DNA of 64,000 nucleotides from a virus, in the IMG/VR virus record IMGVR_UViG_3300033145_003080, positions 85,038 to 149,037 of that record; one strand, 5' to 3'. How positions within the stretch are numbered: the first letter of the stretch is position 1; each line of letters begins with the position of its first letter. Made by a program: the position numbers and the translations under genes. Positions 8,234 through 19,300 of the stretch are shown here, piece by piece. The notes under the pieces are model-generated. The model was not told where the DNA came from. It saw nothing but the letters and a program-made list of their open reading frames with translations, and did not search any database.

Positions 8234-10300
8234 ATGCCTCCCCCAAAACAAGCATGTGAAACTATACTTAACACGCAAATGGCTGTGGTTAAGATTATTA
8301 AGCGTGTGCGTGAGATTTCTCAGAAACTTCGCACGCTACTCGAGAATAAATCTAAATTAAAATACGGCATTATTAATCTGCTGGATGTGATAGGGGCAGA
8401 GACGCTCACCGCTATTACTTCAGTAGCAGCATCGGCAGCAAAAGCTATACTTGGTGCAATGTCGGGTATGGCCAGCACGCTGCTCGAGTCAATTCTATCC
8501 AGCCTTCTTAAGATATTGCTTGCAAATCCAACTGCTATATTTTCTCTTGTTGCTATCCCCCATAGCCAGGCAATTAAAGCCGTTACTGAAGAGAGGCTTT
8601 TGCTTCAACGCGCACGAAGGAATATGCGAACTATTTTATATATTATTCTTAAATGGACACAAGGGGTAAGCGGTGCCCGGTATTATAAACAGTTAAAGGC
8701 CGCTCTTCCTTATATCCAGAAAGCAATAGCATTATCAGTTGATATCATCCATGATTTGGAAGGAGAGCCGACAAAAGATAGTGAGGTAAGGAATGCCAAA
8801 TTTAATGAGTCAAAATACATAGTAATGCAATGGAATCTCGAAATGGCAATTGATATAACAAAGCCTGATTCAATTGTTGATACTCGATTTCAAATTACAA
8901 AGAAAGTTGAACAAAACCGGAATAGACGGTATAGGCAACTTGCCGAAAAGATAGAGGATAATTATAAAAAAAGACGAAAAGAGCTTGCTCGGTGGTATAG
9001 TAAACAGATATCACAAATTGACCATGAGAGCGAAAATTTATCAACCGCATTAAAGATGGAGCGGATACGACATGAATATGCATTTAAAAGAAAGATAATA
9101 GAAACTGAGCGCAAAGAAAAGCTCCATGCGGCTGAATTACAAGCGGCTTCAGAGTCTCTTGTTGACAAAAGTGCATATTTAAATGCTATTGGTGGGATTG
9201 CCGCAGAGTTTTCGAATGATATGATAAATCTCGCTGCTAATCTGGCTGAGTTTGTTGATAATGTGAAAGATGCGTATACAACATACCGGCGTAGTCAAAA
9301 TTTGTGCAATGCTATTTATAGAATCAGAAATCTTATTACCAATCTGATTAATGAGATTGTTGATATATTACGCAGAACTTCGAATGCATCAGCATCTGCG
9401 GCGATCAAATCTCTCGAGACAGCGCAGTCGATAATGGAGGTGGTGGAAGAGGATTTTATAGATTCAACAGGAAGGTATGAAAATACCTCTGAGAAAATAA
9501 GTTCTTCTGAACTGGCCGGCGCAGTTATTTCAGGCTATGGTTTATTATCTTCAGCAGATGCGCTTCTTGACAGTACTATAACCAAAAGCCTTATCGATTT
9601 AGTAAATTCTGATGATGTACTTCAGACTGCAAACGAAGATTTTGAAGCATTTCATCAGGCTTTAACTCAGATTCCGGACTGGGATGGTCAACTAAATGTG
9701 TGGGCTGTAACCCCCACTGACAGTGCATTCAGTCCATATATACAGATGATAGCTGATTCAATATCTGTTTTGGCAAAAGTTCCTGTACTCGCCATGTCAA
9801 ACGATGAAGATGCCAGAATTGAGGTTACCAGAATATTAAAAGATATTAATAATACTTTTAGGGCTCTGTTTAATCATAATGCAATAGTAAGTAACACGCT
9901 CAATTCTTATGTGCCATATATGTCGTCTGAAGCTGGTAATTTGACGAGAATTTTGGCAAATGCAGGATTACTCGAGGAATTCGCAACTGGAATGAGTATT
10001 GCAGCAATGACTGCAGATATTGTAACATCTATAATAAAAGGTGGTCTCGATGATACTATGCCGACATATGCCAATTGCCGTTCAGCTTATCCTGAGTTGT
10101 ATGATAATGCTGACGCTGCAGAGGCTGCTGCGCTTGGTAACGCGAGCATTACTCCGGCGGAAGTAGATTTAAATTATATATCGAAAGTTGAAGATAAAGA
10201 AGTGCAGCGGCTTGGTGGTGATTCTTTTGCGAGGAACTGGGATATGAACAGTTCTCTAACAGATGATAGTTTTGCTCGACCGGGCTCTGATGAGGGATAG
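8234..10300 (+). CDS. Hypothetical helical/coiled-coil protein (virion region)
   Basis: 688-aa ORF with AGGA RBS, hydrophobic N-terminal helices and a central coiled coil; no family recognised. Confidence 0.6.
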   Translation: MPPPKQACETILNTQMAVVKIIKRVREISQKLRTLLENKSKLKYGIINLLDVIGAETLTAITSVAASAAKAILGAMSGMASTLLESILSSLLKILLANPTAIFSLVAIPHSQAIKAVTEERLLLQRARRNMRTILYIILKWTQGVSGARYYKQLKAALPYIQKAIALSVDIIHDLEGEPTKDSEVRNAKFNESKYIVMQWNLEMAIDITKPDSIVDTRFQITKKVEQNRNRRYRQLAEKIEDNYKKRRKELARWYSKQISQIDHESENLSTALKMERIRHEYAFKRKIIETERKEKLHAAELQAASESLVDKSAYLNAIGGIAAEFSNDMINLAANLAEFVDNVKDAYTTYRRSQNLCNAIYRIRNLITNLINEIVDILRRTSNASASAAIKSLETAQSIMEVVEEDFIDSTGRYENTSEKISSSELAGAVISGYGLLSSADALLDSTITKSLIDLVNSDDVLQTANEDFEAFHQALTQIPDWDGQLNVWAVTPTDSAFSPYIQMIADSISVLAKVPVLAMSNDEDARIEVTRILKDINNTFRALFNHNAIVSNTLNSYVPYMSSEAGNLTRILANAGLLEEFATGMSIAAMTADIVTSIIKGGLDDTMPTYANCRSAYPELYDNADAAEAAALGNASITPAEVDLNYISKVEDKEVQRLGGDSFARNWDMNSSLTDDSFARPGSDEG

Positions 10301-10348
10301 AAAGATTAATCGATAGCGTTATAATGTTTTAATTACTATTTTAATATT

Positions 10349-10590
10349 GTTACTGGCCACAAAACATATTTGCGGTTTGAAAACGGCATTTCAATGCAAA
10401 CAGTGACTAGCACAAGAGAAGTTCAAAATGAACAATATCTACGACGATAAACAGCTACAAGAACGGAATCAGAGTGCTCCCACAGCTCTGCCCACTTCGG
10501 GGATTGCCGATCCTGATGTGTCTTTTGATACTAAGCTGAATTGTCATGTGCGAGTGGGTAATACTGGTTATAGTACCAGGCCGAATGTCG
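10349..10590 (+). ncRNA. Putative omegaRNA scaffold of the IsrB element
   Basis: GTTACTG (10349) can pair with CAGTGAC (10401), which is followed by TAGC; internal TGCTCCCACAGCTC and CATGTGCGAGTGGG resemble conserved omegaRNA segments; lies immediately 5' of the PLMP-like motif. Ends are approximate. Confidence 0.6.
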
Positions 10591-11615
10591 GTAAACATAC
10601 TATATTTGTTTTAAATGTTAATGGTAAGCCATTAACCCCAACAACACCAGCAAAAGCAAGAAAGTTATTAAAAGGAGGTAAAGCAAAAAAATACTGGAGT
10701 AAGTTTAACACATTTGGTATTCAACTTGTTGATAAAACAAGAGAAGAAATACAGAAAACTGTACTTGGATATGATCCAGGTAGTAAATTTGAAGGCGTTT
10801 CTGTGGTTTGTGGTGATGAGAATAATTTGTCTGTAAAATTAAATTTACCTAATAAAACAAATATTGTTAATAAATTAAAAGAGCGCAGACAAATCAGAAG
10901 GAATAGAAGATATAGAAAATGTCGTAGAAGAAAAGCAAGGTTTTCAAATAGAAAAAGGAATGGTTTTATCGCCCCATCTCAATTAGTTATAGTGAATTCA
11001 AGATTAAAAATTTTAAAAGAATTTTGCAATATTTACCCAATATGCAATGTAGCTATGGAAAATATAAAGTTTAACCATCTAAAATATAGATGGGGTAAGA
11101 ATTTTTCAACAATGGAAATTGGCAAACAAAAAATAAGAATTTTTTTCAAAAATAGAAATATTGAAATATTTGAATATGATGGTTTTAAAACATCTAAAAT
11201 AAGAAAAAAATATGGATATAAAAAGACATTTATAAAAAGTGCAGATCATTTTACATCACATTGCTCTGATTCATTATCCCTTGCTATTGAGATAAGCTGT
11301 AAAAAAAGAATACATGAAGGATTGTTTCTTATAGTTGATGACACTTATCGTTGTGTAAAAAGGAAACTTCATGACAGACAACCATCAATAGGTGGGATAA
11401 GAGAAAAATATTCTCATGGAAATGTAAATGGTGTTAAAAAAAGTATAATTATTGGCGCAAAAAACGGCAATATAGGACAATTGTGTGGCGAAACGAATGG
11501 TCGTTTTAGATATTATGATTTGGATGGTAAACGAAAAATAACAAAAACAATATCTTGGATAAATAACCAATTTAAAACAAATACAATAAAAGAAGAACAA
11601 TTTTACGCGGCATAA
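10428..11615 (+). CDS. isrB: IsrB-type OMEGA nickase (IscB family lacking HNH)
   Basis: IFVLNVNGKPLTPTTPAKARKLL (PLMP domain), RuvC-I LGYDPGSK, Arg-rich bridge helix RRQIRRNRRYRKCRRRKARF, RuvC-II VAMEN, RuvC-III SHCSDSL; no HNH/CxxC insertion. Confidence 0.85.
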   Translation: MNNIYDDKQLQERNQSAPTALPTSGIADPDVSFDTKLNCHVRVGNTGYSTRPNVGKHTIFVLNVNGKPLTPTTPAKARKLLKGGKAKKYWSKFNTFGIQLVDKTREEIQKTVLGYDPGSKFEGVSVVCGDENNLSVKLNLPNKTNIVNKLKERRQIRRNRRYRKCRRRKARFSNRKRNGFIAPSQLVIVNSRLKILKEFCNIYPICNVAMENIKFNHLKYRWGKNFSTMEIGKQKIRIFFKNRNIEIFEYDGFKTSKIRKKYGYKKTFIKSADHFTSHCSDSLSLAIEISCKKRIHEGLFLIVDDTYRCVKRKLHDRQPSIGGIREKYSHGNVNGVKKSIIIGAKNGNIGQLCGETNGRFRYYDLDGKRKITKTISWINNQFKTNTIKEEQFYAA

Positions 11616-11640
11616 AATAATATCAATTAAATTATCAGTT

Positions 11641-12084
11641 ATGGATATTGATTTTTTCACAGACTTAAGAAGCCAGTTTAAAATTAGCATTGGTGATAAT
11701 CCTCAAGGTGTTGAGGGAAACCGTGCGCTGTTAAACCGGTTTGAGATAACATTTTTGACAAAAACAAAGATGTTTCTATTTGATGGTAAATTAATTACAG
11801 ATGATTATGCTGGTGATGCTGAAAAATATATTAATAAACCTCAAGTGCTAAACGACCCACAGAGCATAGCAGGAGGAGTTTCGGTATCTATTGACCAGAC
11901 AGTGGCGTCTATGAAAAGTGATGAGCCGCCAGGAGTTCCAAATACTGAAAAAATTGAAAGTGCAGAGCTTATTGATATAGAAATTATTGATGACATTGTT
12001 TTTGCAAAAATACAGGTACACCCTGTAGAAGTTGAACTTTATCAGGATCTTATGTTTAATTTGCCAATCATCAAAAAGGATTAG
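11641..12084 (+). CDS. Baseplate wedge protein, gp25-like
   Basis: 147 aa; GVEGNRALLNRFEITFLT...EKIESAELIDIEII...AKIQVHPV pattern; lies upstream of the baseplate J-like gene. Confidence 0.6.
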   Translation: MDIDFFTDLRSQFKISIGDNPQGVEGNRALLNRFEITFLTKTKMFLFDGKLITDDYAGDAEKYINKPQVLNDPQSIAGGVSVSIDQTVASMKSDEPPGVPNTEKIESAELIDIEIIDDIVFAKIQVHPVEVELYQDLMFNLPIIKKD

Positions 12085-12121
12085 AAATAATCATTTAATA
12101 TTTCTATATAAAATAAAAAAA

Positions 12122-13300
12122 ATGATACAGAAAAAGTCGTATAAATTTAGAATTTATCCAAATGACACTCAAAAGATTTTGTTGAATAAAACGTTTGGTT
12201 GCGTGAGATACATGTGGAACCAAATGGTGGAATCATTTAAAAAAAAAGAAAACCATAAATCGGCAACTATTTTACGCAATGAAATTGAATGGTTAAAAGA
12301 AGTGTCTGCAGCATCAATTCAACAAAAAGAAATTGATTTTAGAGAGTTTAAAAAACAATTCTTTTCTAAAAATAGAAAAAGAAATATTGGGAAACCTTCA
12401 TTTAAAAAGAAGTATCAAAAGCAGTCGTATAGACTTCCCAATCAGAAATTTGTTTTAGATCAAGGAGAATCAAAAATTAGGTTGGAGAAAATAGGTTGGA
12501 TAAAAATAATATTAGATAGAAAAATACCTAAACATATATATTATTTATCGGTTACCATTTTGAAAGATAAGGTTGGTGATTATTATGCGTCTATTCTTGT
12601 TAATGAAGAAATTAAAGAACTTCCTAAAACAAATAGGGTGGTTGGTGTTGATTTAGGAATAAAAGACCTTATTACCACCTCTGATGGATTGCAGGTAAAA
12701 ATGTTTGATGAAAGCGAGAGCCAAGCTAGGATTAAACGTTTATCTAAACATTTATCAAGGAAAGTGGTGGGGTCTTTGAGGTTTAATAAACTTAAAAATA
12801 AAATAGCAAAAACTCACAGAAAGATTGGTAGAAAGCGCAATTGGTTACATCACAATATTTCTTTATTTTTGATTAAAAATTATGATGAAATAATTTTAGA
12901 AGATTTGAATGTATCTGGGATGATGAAAAACCGCCAATTAGCAGGATTTATTCATAGACAAGGATGGTCATCTTTAGTAAACCAGATCAATTATAAATCA
13001 AGATGGTATGGTAGAAAGAGCAAAAAACTTGATCGATGGTTTCCTTCTTCTAAAACATGTTGTGAATGTGGCACTGTTAAAAAAGGTTTAAAATTGTCAG
13101 AGAGAGTCTACGAGTGTGAATGTGGTAACAAAATTAACAGAGACTTTAATGCATCTCTAAATATTAAATCCGCAGGAGTTACTACGGATCAACGGTCGTT
13201 GATGGAATGTGAGACTTTTAATCCTAAAAAGCAATCTTTAGAGTTAAAAGCAATTCCAAGTGAAATGATTAATCTAATAGAAAAGAATAAAATTCTATAA
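12122..13300 (+). CDS. tnpB: TnpB RNA-guided nuclease (IS200/IS605 OrfB), no TnpA
   Basis: KSYKFRIYPN...KTFGCVRYMWN HTH; RuvC VGVDLGIK, ILEDLNVSGM, NRDFNASLNI; Zn ribbon CCECG...CECG. Start re-called at ATG 12122, in frame with the 12032 ORF. Confidence 0.93.
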   Translation: MIQKKSYKFRIYPNDTQKILLNKTFGCVRYMWNQMVESFKKKENHKSATILRNEIEWLKEVSAASIQQKEIDFREFKKQFFSKNRKRNIGKPSFKKKYQKQSYRLPNQKFVLDQGESKIRLEKIGWIKIILDRKIPKHIYYLSVTILKDKVGDYYASILVNEEIKELPKTNRVVGVDLGIKDLITTSDGLQVKMFDESESQARIKRLSKHLSRKVVGSLRFNKLKNKIAKTHRKIGRKRNWLHHNISLFLIKNYDEIILEDLNVSGMMKNRQLAGFIHRQGWSSLVNQINYKSRWYGRKSKKLDRWFPSSKTCCECGTVKKGLKLSERVYECECGNKINRDFNASLNIKSAGVTTDQRSLMECETFNPKKQSLELKAIPSEMINLIEKNKIL

Positions 13301-13311
13301 AGGATGTAACT

Positions 13312-16300
13312 ATGTTTGATTTTTGGGCTTTTTTGAGAAAGAAATGGTCTGAATATTCGAAGTCTAGGGGCCAGAAGGGTACTATGATTGATGACCTTGC
13401 TGTAAAACCGGCCGGGCTGATCTTGGCTAATTTCTACAACGCCCTTGCTGGACAGAGAAGGGTTAATAACATCTCGCTTTGGAAAACAATGACCGATGAA
13501 GAGCTAAACTTTTTTGGGAATAAATTTTTTACTAAGAGGATAATGGGTGATTTCTCTATTGGATCGGTGCGTGTTTACTTCAATGAGAAAAAAAATATCG
13601 AACTTTCTACTATAGCCCGGTTTGTCTCAAATCGAGGTTTGCAGTACCGCCCTATTCAGCCTGGAAAGATAGCAGGTAGCTCATTTAGCAGTTCAACAGA
13701 TAGGATAGCACTTTATCATATCGACATACCAATTATTGCAGTGTCAAAAGGTGATGAGTACAACACTGATGCGAATGAAATAGTCCAACTTATTAATATC
13801 GACTTTACTTATCATTCAGCAACAAATCCTGAAGATATAATTCGCGGATCAAAATATGAGACAAATGAAGAATATTTCAATCGTCTTGTTTATACTGTGA
13901 ATGACCGCAGTATGATGAATAAGAAGAGTATGATGGTTCTTCTTCCCGAATTTTTTCCAGTTATTAATGCAATGTATATAGCAGGTGCTGGTGACCGATA
14001 TATGCAAAGAGATTTAATTGCCGGCGTTGACCTGTCCCTTCCTTATAAAGAAGCAACCTATCTTGGCAAGTTAAAAGGTGAGAATATAGTTAAACATATT
14101 GGTTTTTATGGTATATTCCCACCGAATGTAGGAAGCCTTCAGTCGAACAGGTACTGGGGGCCACATTCAGCGGTATCAGAATACCGCTATCCCCTAACTA
14201 TAGAACAATCATCATCTGCATTCAGCCCTGAACAGACAGATCCGCGGCTAAACGATCCTGCATTCCTTGGGTTTCCACTTGACCAGGAGTGTGTCGATAA
14301 TATGTATAAAGGTCTTTACTTTAACGATTATAAACGATTTATGGAAGTAAGAACTGAAGATCTGTTTAATATTGTTGATGAAGAGGTTGGGTTTACACCA
14401 GTGCTACCAGATGTAACATGGAAGTTTGGTGCGCATGGACTTATGCCGGGTAATGTTGGCAGGCTTGCTGACAATGTGCAGAATATAAATGTGGTTAGTT
14501 TTTATGACACTGAAATCAGACTTGCCGGTGGTGCGTATAATTCAATTTCTGTCGGCAAGGACATTCTCAAACGTACCGGGGTAAAATTAACCGGTTCTTT
14601 TATTTGTCCCGAACCTGCTGATGAAAATTCTCCAATACTGAATAGCAATCTGCAAATTATGATTGGTGGTATAAATGATTTAAATCTTGTTGATGGATAT
14701 ACTGGTGTCGGGTTTGGCATTAGAATGACTGATATATATGATGAAGGTGATATTGATGTGCCGAATGCAGTTATATATTTTGCCCATAATGAAAAGTATG
14801 GGACCGCCCAGGTTTATGCGACTGATTATGATATCAGTGACCATATTTCAGTTTCAGATATAGGAGCCCTTGCCGAAAAAGAATTTAGAATTCAGCCGAA
14901 TATCGAATACGAATTTGAGTTTATTATTTATGATGATTTAAGATTATCGCTTTATTTCAACAAGACAAGTGAAAAGCAACCGTCAGATCCATATGAAAAA
15001 GAGAATGAATTTCATTTCGAATTGCCTCGTAAAGTTTTGGGAATATTTTCTGACGAAAGCAGACAGGGTTTATTGTCAACGAGCAATATACGATATGGTA
15101 CAACAATGAAGGCGACACTTGACACAGAGTCTCTCGTTTCAGAGGATATATGGCGAATAAATGACTTAAAAGCTTTTGATATGAATCCATCGAAAGCAAT
15201 GGCGTTATATGCTATAAATATGGATGATATAGAAAGCCCCATATCTGTCTTTCTTCGAGCATTTGGTTCGAGTGCTATCGATAATGCCCAGGCTGATGGC
15301 TACCAGGTGTTCTTATGGGATAAGGAGGTTCAGACAATAGCCTCTGGGTCGTCAGAGCTTACTCGAGGAGGTTGGGCTGAAGCAAACGGTATATCCAACC
15401 CAGATAGTTCAAAAAGTTCTGCCCTTGGTCTTTTAAGGCATGACATACAAAACATGGATCGGTACCTGGTTGATAGTAAGTTCGGCAAAAACATTTTTAT
15501 CATGATATTAACCACAGGTGTTTCGAAAGGGTCAATACGATATAATAGAGATATTCGAGATGATGTCCATTCTTTTCTCCGTGTTGATTATATAAAAGCT
15601 GAGAGTATGAATATAGCATCTTATCACGCAAATAATAAAGCAGACATACACCTTGCAACCCTTAATAATTCGGAAGAGTATGAAGTCGTTACTACAACTC
15701 TCACCAAACAACCTAATGATACTTATTTTGAAATGAGTCTCGAGAATAAATGTAAAATGCCTGTGGTTGAGATGGTGTCTGTAACTATAGGTACCACTGT
15801 TAGTGACACTGAAACTCTTGCAGAAACTGAATATTCTATGATTGACTCAGACGTTTTATTGCTTAATTCCTCAAAAGAAAAGAAGCATATAACTTTGAAT
15901 GAATCTGATGCTGATACAATAACAGTCGAATATAGAACGTATCCGGAAATTGAACGTATTCAGGACTTTTTTGAAAGCTCTATATATCAAAAAATTTATG
16001 GCGACTTTCTCATTAAACACAAAATGCCATGCGATCTTGATTTTACAATTTTTTATACCGGAGATATCAACGATGATCAATTGATAACGGAAATAAGAAA
16101 ATATGTTGATGATAATATTGATGGGGTGTTTTCTATACGGAATTTTATCAGCTATCTCTATAATGAGGAGCTGGTTAACAATATCAAGGAACCTGTCGAG
16201 ATATCGTATACTAAATGGAACGATGAGTGGGAGCAAGAAACGGGAACCTTTACCGATAAGCTCCCAATAAGGCCAATCGGTTTTTTTAGGATTGTAAGCC

Positions 16301-16320
16301 TAAACGTGCAGAAGTTATAA
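13312..16320 (+). CDS. Baseplate J/gp6-like wedge protein with a large insertion
   Basis: GTMIDDLAVKP; IPIIAVSKGDEYN; ATNPEDIIRGSKYETNEEYFNRL are baseplate-J signatures; follows the gp25-like gene. Confidence 0.75.
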   Translation: MFDFWAFLRKKWSEYSKSRGQKGTMIDDLAVKPAGLILANFYNALAGQRRVNNISLWKTMTDEELNFFGNKFFTKRIMGDFSIGSVRVYFNEKKNIELSTIARFVSNRGLQYRPIQPGKIAGSSFSSSTDRIALYHIDIPIIAVSKGDEYNTDANEIVQLINIDFTYHSATNPEDIIRGSKYETNEEYFNRLVYTVNDRSMMNKKSMMVLLPEFFPVINAMYIAGAGDRYMQRDLIAGVDLSLPYKEATYLGKLKGENIVKHIGFYGIFPPNVGSLQSNRYWGPHSAVSEYRYPLTIEQSSSAFSPEQTDPRLNDPAFLGFPLDQECVDNMYKGLYFNDYKRFMEVRTEDLFNIVDEEVGFTPVLPDVTWKFGAHGLMPGNVGRLADNVQNINVVSFYDTEIRLAGGAYNSISVGKDILKRTGVKLTGSFICPEPADENSPILNSNLQIMIGGINDLNLVDGYTGVGFGIRMTDIYDEGDIDVPNAVIYFAHNEKYGTAQVYATDYDISDHISVSDIGALAEKEFRIQPNIEYEFEFIIYDDLRLSLYFNKTSEKQPSDPYEKENEFHFELPRKVLGIFSDESRQGLLSTSNIRYGTTMKATLDTESLVSEDIWRINDLKAFDMNPSKAMALYAINMDDIESPISVFLRAFGSSAIDNAQADGYQVFLWDKEVQTIASGSSELTRGGWAEANGISNPDSSKSSALGLLRHDIQNMDRYLVDSKFGKNIFIMILTTGVSKGSIRYNRDIRDDVHSFLRVDYIKAESMNIASYHANNKADIHLATLNNSEEYEVVTTTLTKQPNDTYFEMSLENKCKMPVVEMVSVTIGTTVSDTETLAETEYSMIDSDVLLLNSSKEKKHITLNESDADTITVEYRTYPEIERIQDFFESSIYQKIYGDFLIKHKMPCDLDFTIFYTGDINDDQLITEIRKYVDDNIDGVFSIRNFISYLYNEELVNNIKEPVEISYTKWNDEWEQETGTFTDKLPIRPIGFFRIVSLNVQKL

Positions 16321-16332
16321 ATCAGCAAGGAG

Positions 16333-19300
16333 TTGGGTATGAGTTTTATGTATAAAGATTTTGACCTGAATGATGACGAAACGCCAAAGCCATGGGCTCC
16401 GCGTGAAACGCTGGCATTGGTTGACATTATTAATACACTAGTCGGTGATACGCTTACCGGTTTAAAAGAGGCTGGTGGACACAAACACAACAAGCTGTAC
16501 AGTTCTGTCGGAGTCGCTGGGGTAGAGATTGGGGCCGCTGGCGATACTAAGATATTGAACCTTACCGTTGCTGGAGTCGTAACAAATCTTGCAACCGGTG
16601 CTCTTGAAACTGTTCAACAAATCCCTATTGGTTATGGTGGAACGAATAGTGGTACTGCGCTGAATAATGATCGGGTTATTGTTAGTTCGGGTGGAGCTAT
16701 TGTTGAGAGCGTGCAAATAACAGTTGCAGAACTTGGGTTGCTTGATGGGATGACTTCTGTAGTTCTTGGTACTGCCAATAATGATAAATTGGTAAGTCAA
16801 GGATATGTTGATGATGCGGTCGGTGGCGGATGGTGGACCCGTGATTCCGGAAATGGCTATATACACCCTACCAATGTAAACGATATCCTTGGAATAGGAA
16901 CAGTAGAACCATTTCAAAATATCGGTACGACATCAGGAGATATCGATGCGAATAAGCTTGGTGCGCATATCAAATCGGTTAATGACCAGAGTTCTATTCT
17001 TGTAATTGAAGGCTGGCAAATTCCTGGTGGCTCCGGTGATGAAGAGGCTGCTGCGATAATACTTGCTGATAACGATGGTGATGCTGATGATAAAATGATC
17101 GCATTTCAAGTTGGTGGCGGAATAGCAAAGTTCAGCTCTCTACTTGATGATCAGGCTACAGAAGATTATTTGCAAAAAAATGTGGATGATATTCTTGTGA
17201 TAGATTTGGGTACTGGGCATATTGGTATTAAAGCTCCACCAGGAGATTGGCATTCTAAGGTTCAGAATGTTATTCAGTTTGATTCCACAGTGACTGATTG
17301 TGATGCTGCAATTTATCAGATGTTTAATGAATTTGGAATGGTAAATAATATTATTTATGATGCAACTGATGATCAATGGGAATGGTTGACTACCGGTCCT
17401 TTTGCCCATAAAATCAGCATTCTTGCTTCAGGAATTAATTTGCAAGCATACCAGTCTACTCATTCTGCGGGTGATGTTGTAGCTTGGAGTGAATCAAATT
17501 ATTTCACAGTAGATACGGGGTCGAGTATTGGTACTGTGGTGAACTTCTTTCAGAAGGATTATGATTTTAGTGTACATGCTGATGGGATCATTAATGCTTT
17601 TCATGTAGATGGTGCAACAGGAAATTGGGGATGGAGGAATATTCCTAATGCAGATTGGCAAACTACAGGAACTACATATCATGTAATTCAATTTCCAGAT
17701 TATGTTTCAGGAGAAGATATTTATACAGCAGCCCAGTACCATGTTAATACGGAATATGGATTTGTACAAAATGCTTATTATTCTGAAACTGATAGTAGAT
17801 GGAATTCTACTATAGATGGGGGAGGAGGCAAATCTGTCCTCAGGCATCGTTCCCTTGCAAATTCATGGCAGTGGGAAGTAGCACTGGCACCAACGAATGC
17901 AGGTGATGAAGTTGATTGGGACAGTATAGCTAACAGAATTTATTTCTCAACTTTAAAAGGACAAGGAATAGTTTTTAATTTCAATCAGTTAGATTTTAAT
18001 TTTATTATTGCGTCAATAGCCGATTTCAATTCTTTTGTAGTAGATGGAGCATCGGGTAATATAGGAATAAGAACAGTTCCTAATAGTGATTGGATTTCTA
18101 ATTTCAGGGTCATTGAATTTGAAAAAAGTGGAGGAGCTTACGGAGGTGCATTATATGAGGCTGGCTCACAATTTGGTTTAGTTTCAAATGCTTTTTATAG
18201 TCAAGCTGATAGTAGATGGAATTATAAAACAACAGGTAACTATGCACTTCGGTTCGAAGAAAAAGCCTCAAGTGTTAATTTTGCAGCAATAATGGGAGGA
18301 ACGGCGGGGGATGAAGTTCCTTGGGTAAACGCTAATACTTTTATAGTTGATGCTGCTTTGGGTACTATTGCTAATTTTACATCTAAAGATCATAATTTTA
18401 CTGTTCGTGCTCTTGGGATATCAAAAGCTTTTTATGTAGATGGAGCAAAAGGTAATATAGGAATTCATTATGAACCTGGTGATTGGCATTCTGACTGGGT
18501 ATCGCTCTCAATAGGAGACCCCGGAGCTAATCCTTTTAAATCTAGTTTGTACCAAAGTAAAATAGGAATGGAATGTGGATTAGTTAATTATGCAGGAATA
18601 TATGATGCAACTGATGATAGATGGGAAGCAACTGTAGATGGTACCGTTCCAGGAAAAATGATTTTAGGAGCTCAGTCATGGGGATGGTATATATCTGAAG
18701 CTACAGTAGATACTGGAGATCCTATTGTCTGGGAAGAAGTTATTAGATGTCAACAAGGATTGTTTTTAAATTATGCTAACGGCGCAACTCATGAAAGATT
18801 GTCAAATGATACAAGTGGTATGAATTTATCCTTGACTCATGTAAGACATGTAGGTGGACTTTTTAGTGGCGCAGAATTAGCAGGAGTGGCAAATGATGAT
18901 ATATTTACAATTTATGGAACGAGTAGGAACGATGCTGGAACTCCTGAGGTGATACATTATGGAGAATTTACATGTAAGATTAATAGCCCTACTGATGGTG
19001 CTGAATCTGGCAGTTATGCCATATCACTTTTTGATGATGGGGCATCAGAAGAACAAATGAGACTTGAAAAAAGTGATATGTATTTATTCAATGACAGGGA
19101 TGATGCTACTGGTTATGAAATTTTTATACGCAAATCAAGAGATGGAGGTGATATATCTACTGGTAATGATGATATAGGCGCCATAATATGGGAAGGAAGG
19201 CAGAGCTCATCATGGGTTGAGTTTGCTAAAATACTTGTCGCGGATGCTCCTGCATCTTCATCGGTTATGATTATATCACTGGATAGTGTAGATATTCTGA

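Noticed and set aside
12081-13276. Short inverted similarity flanking the first tnpB (TAATCATTT / AAATGATTA) as terminal inverted repeats
   Set aside because: Only ~9-14 nt in very AT-rich DNA, and IS200/IS605 elements do not use TIRs.
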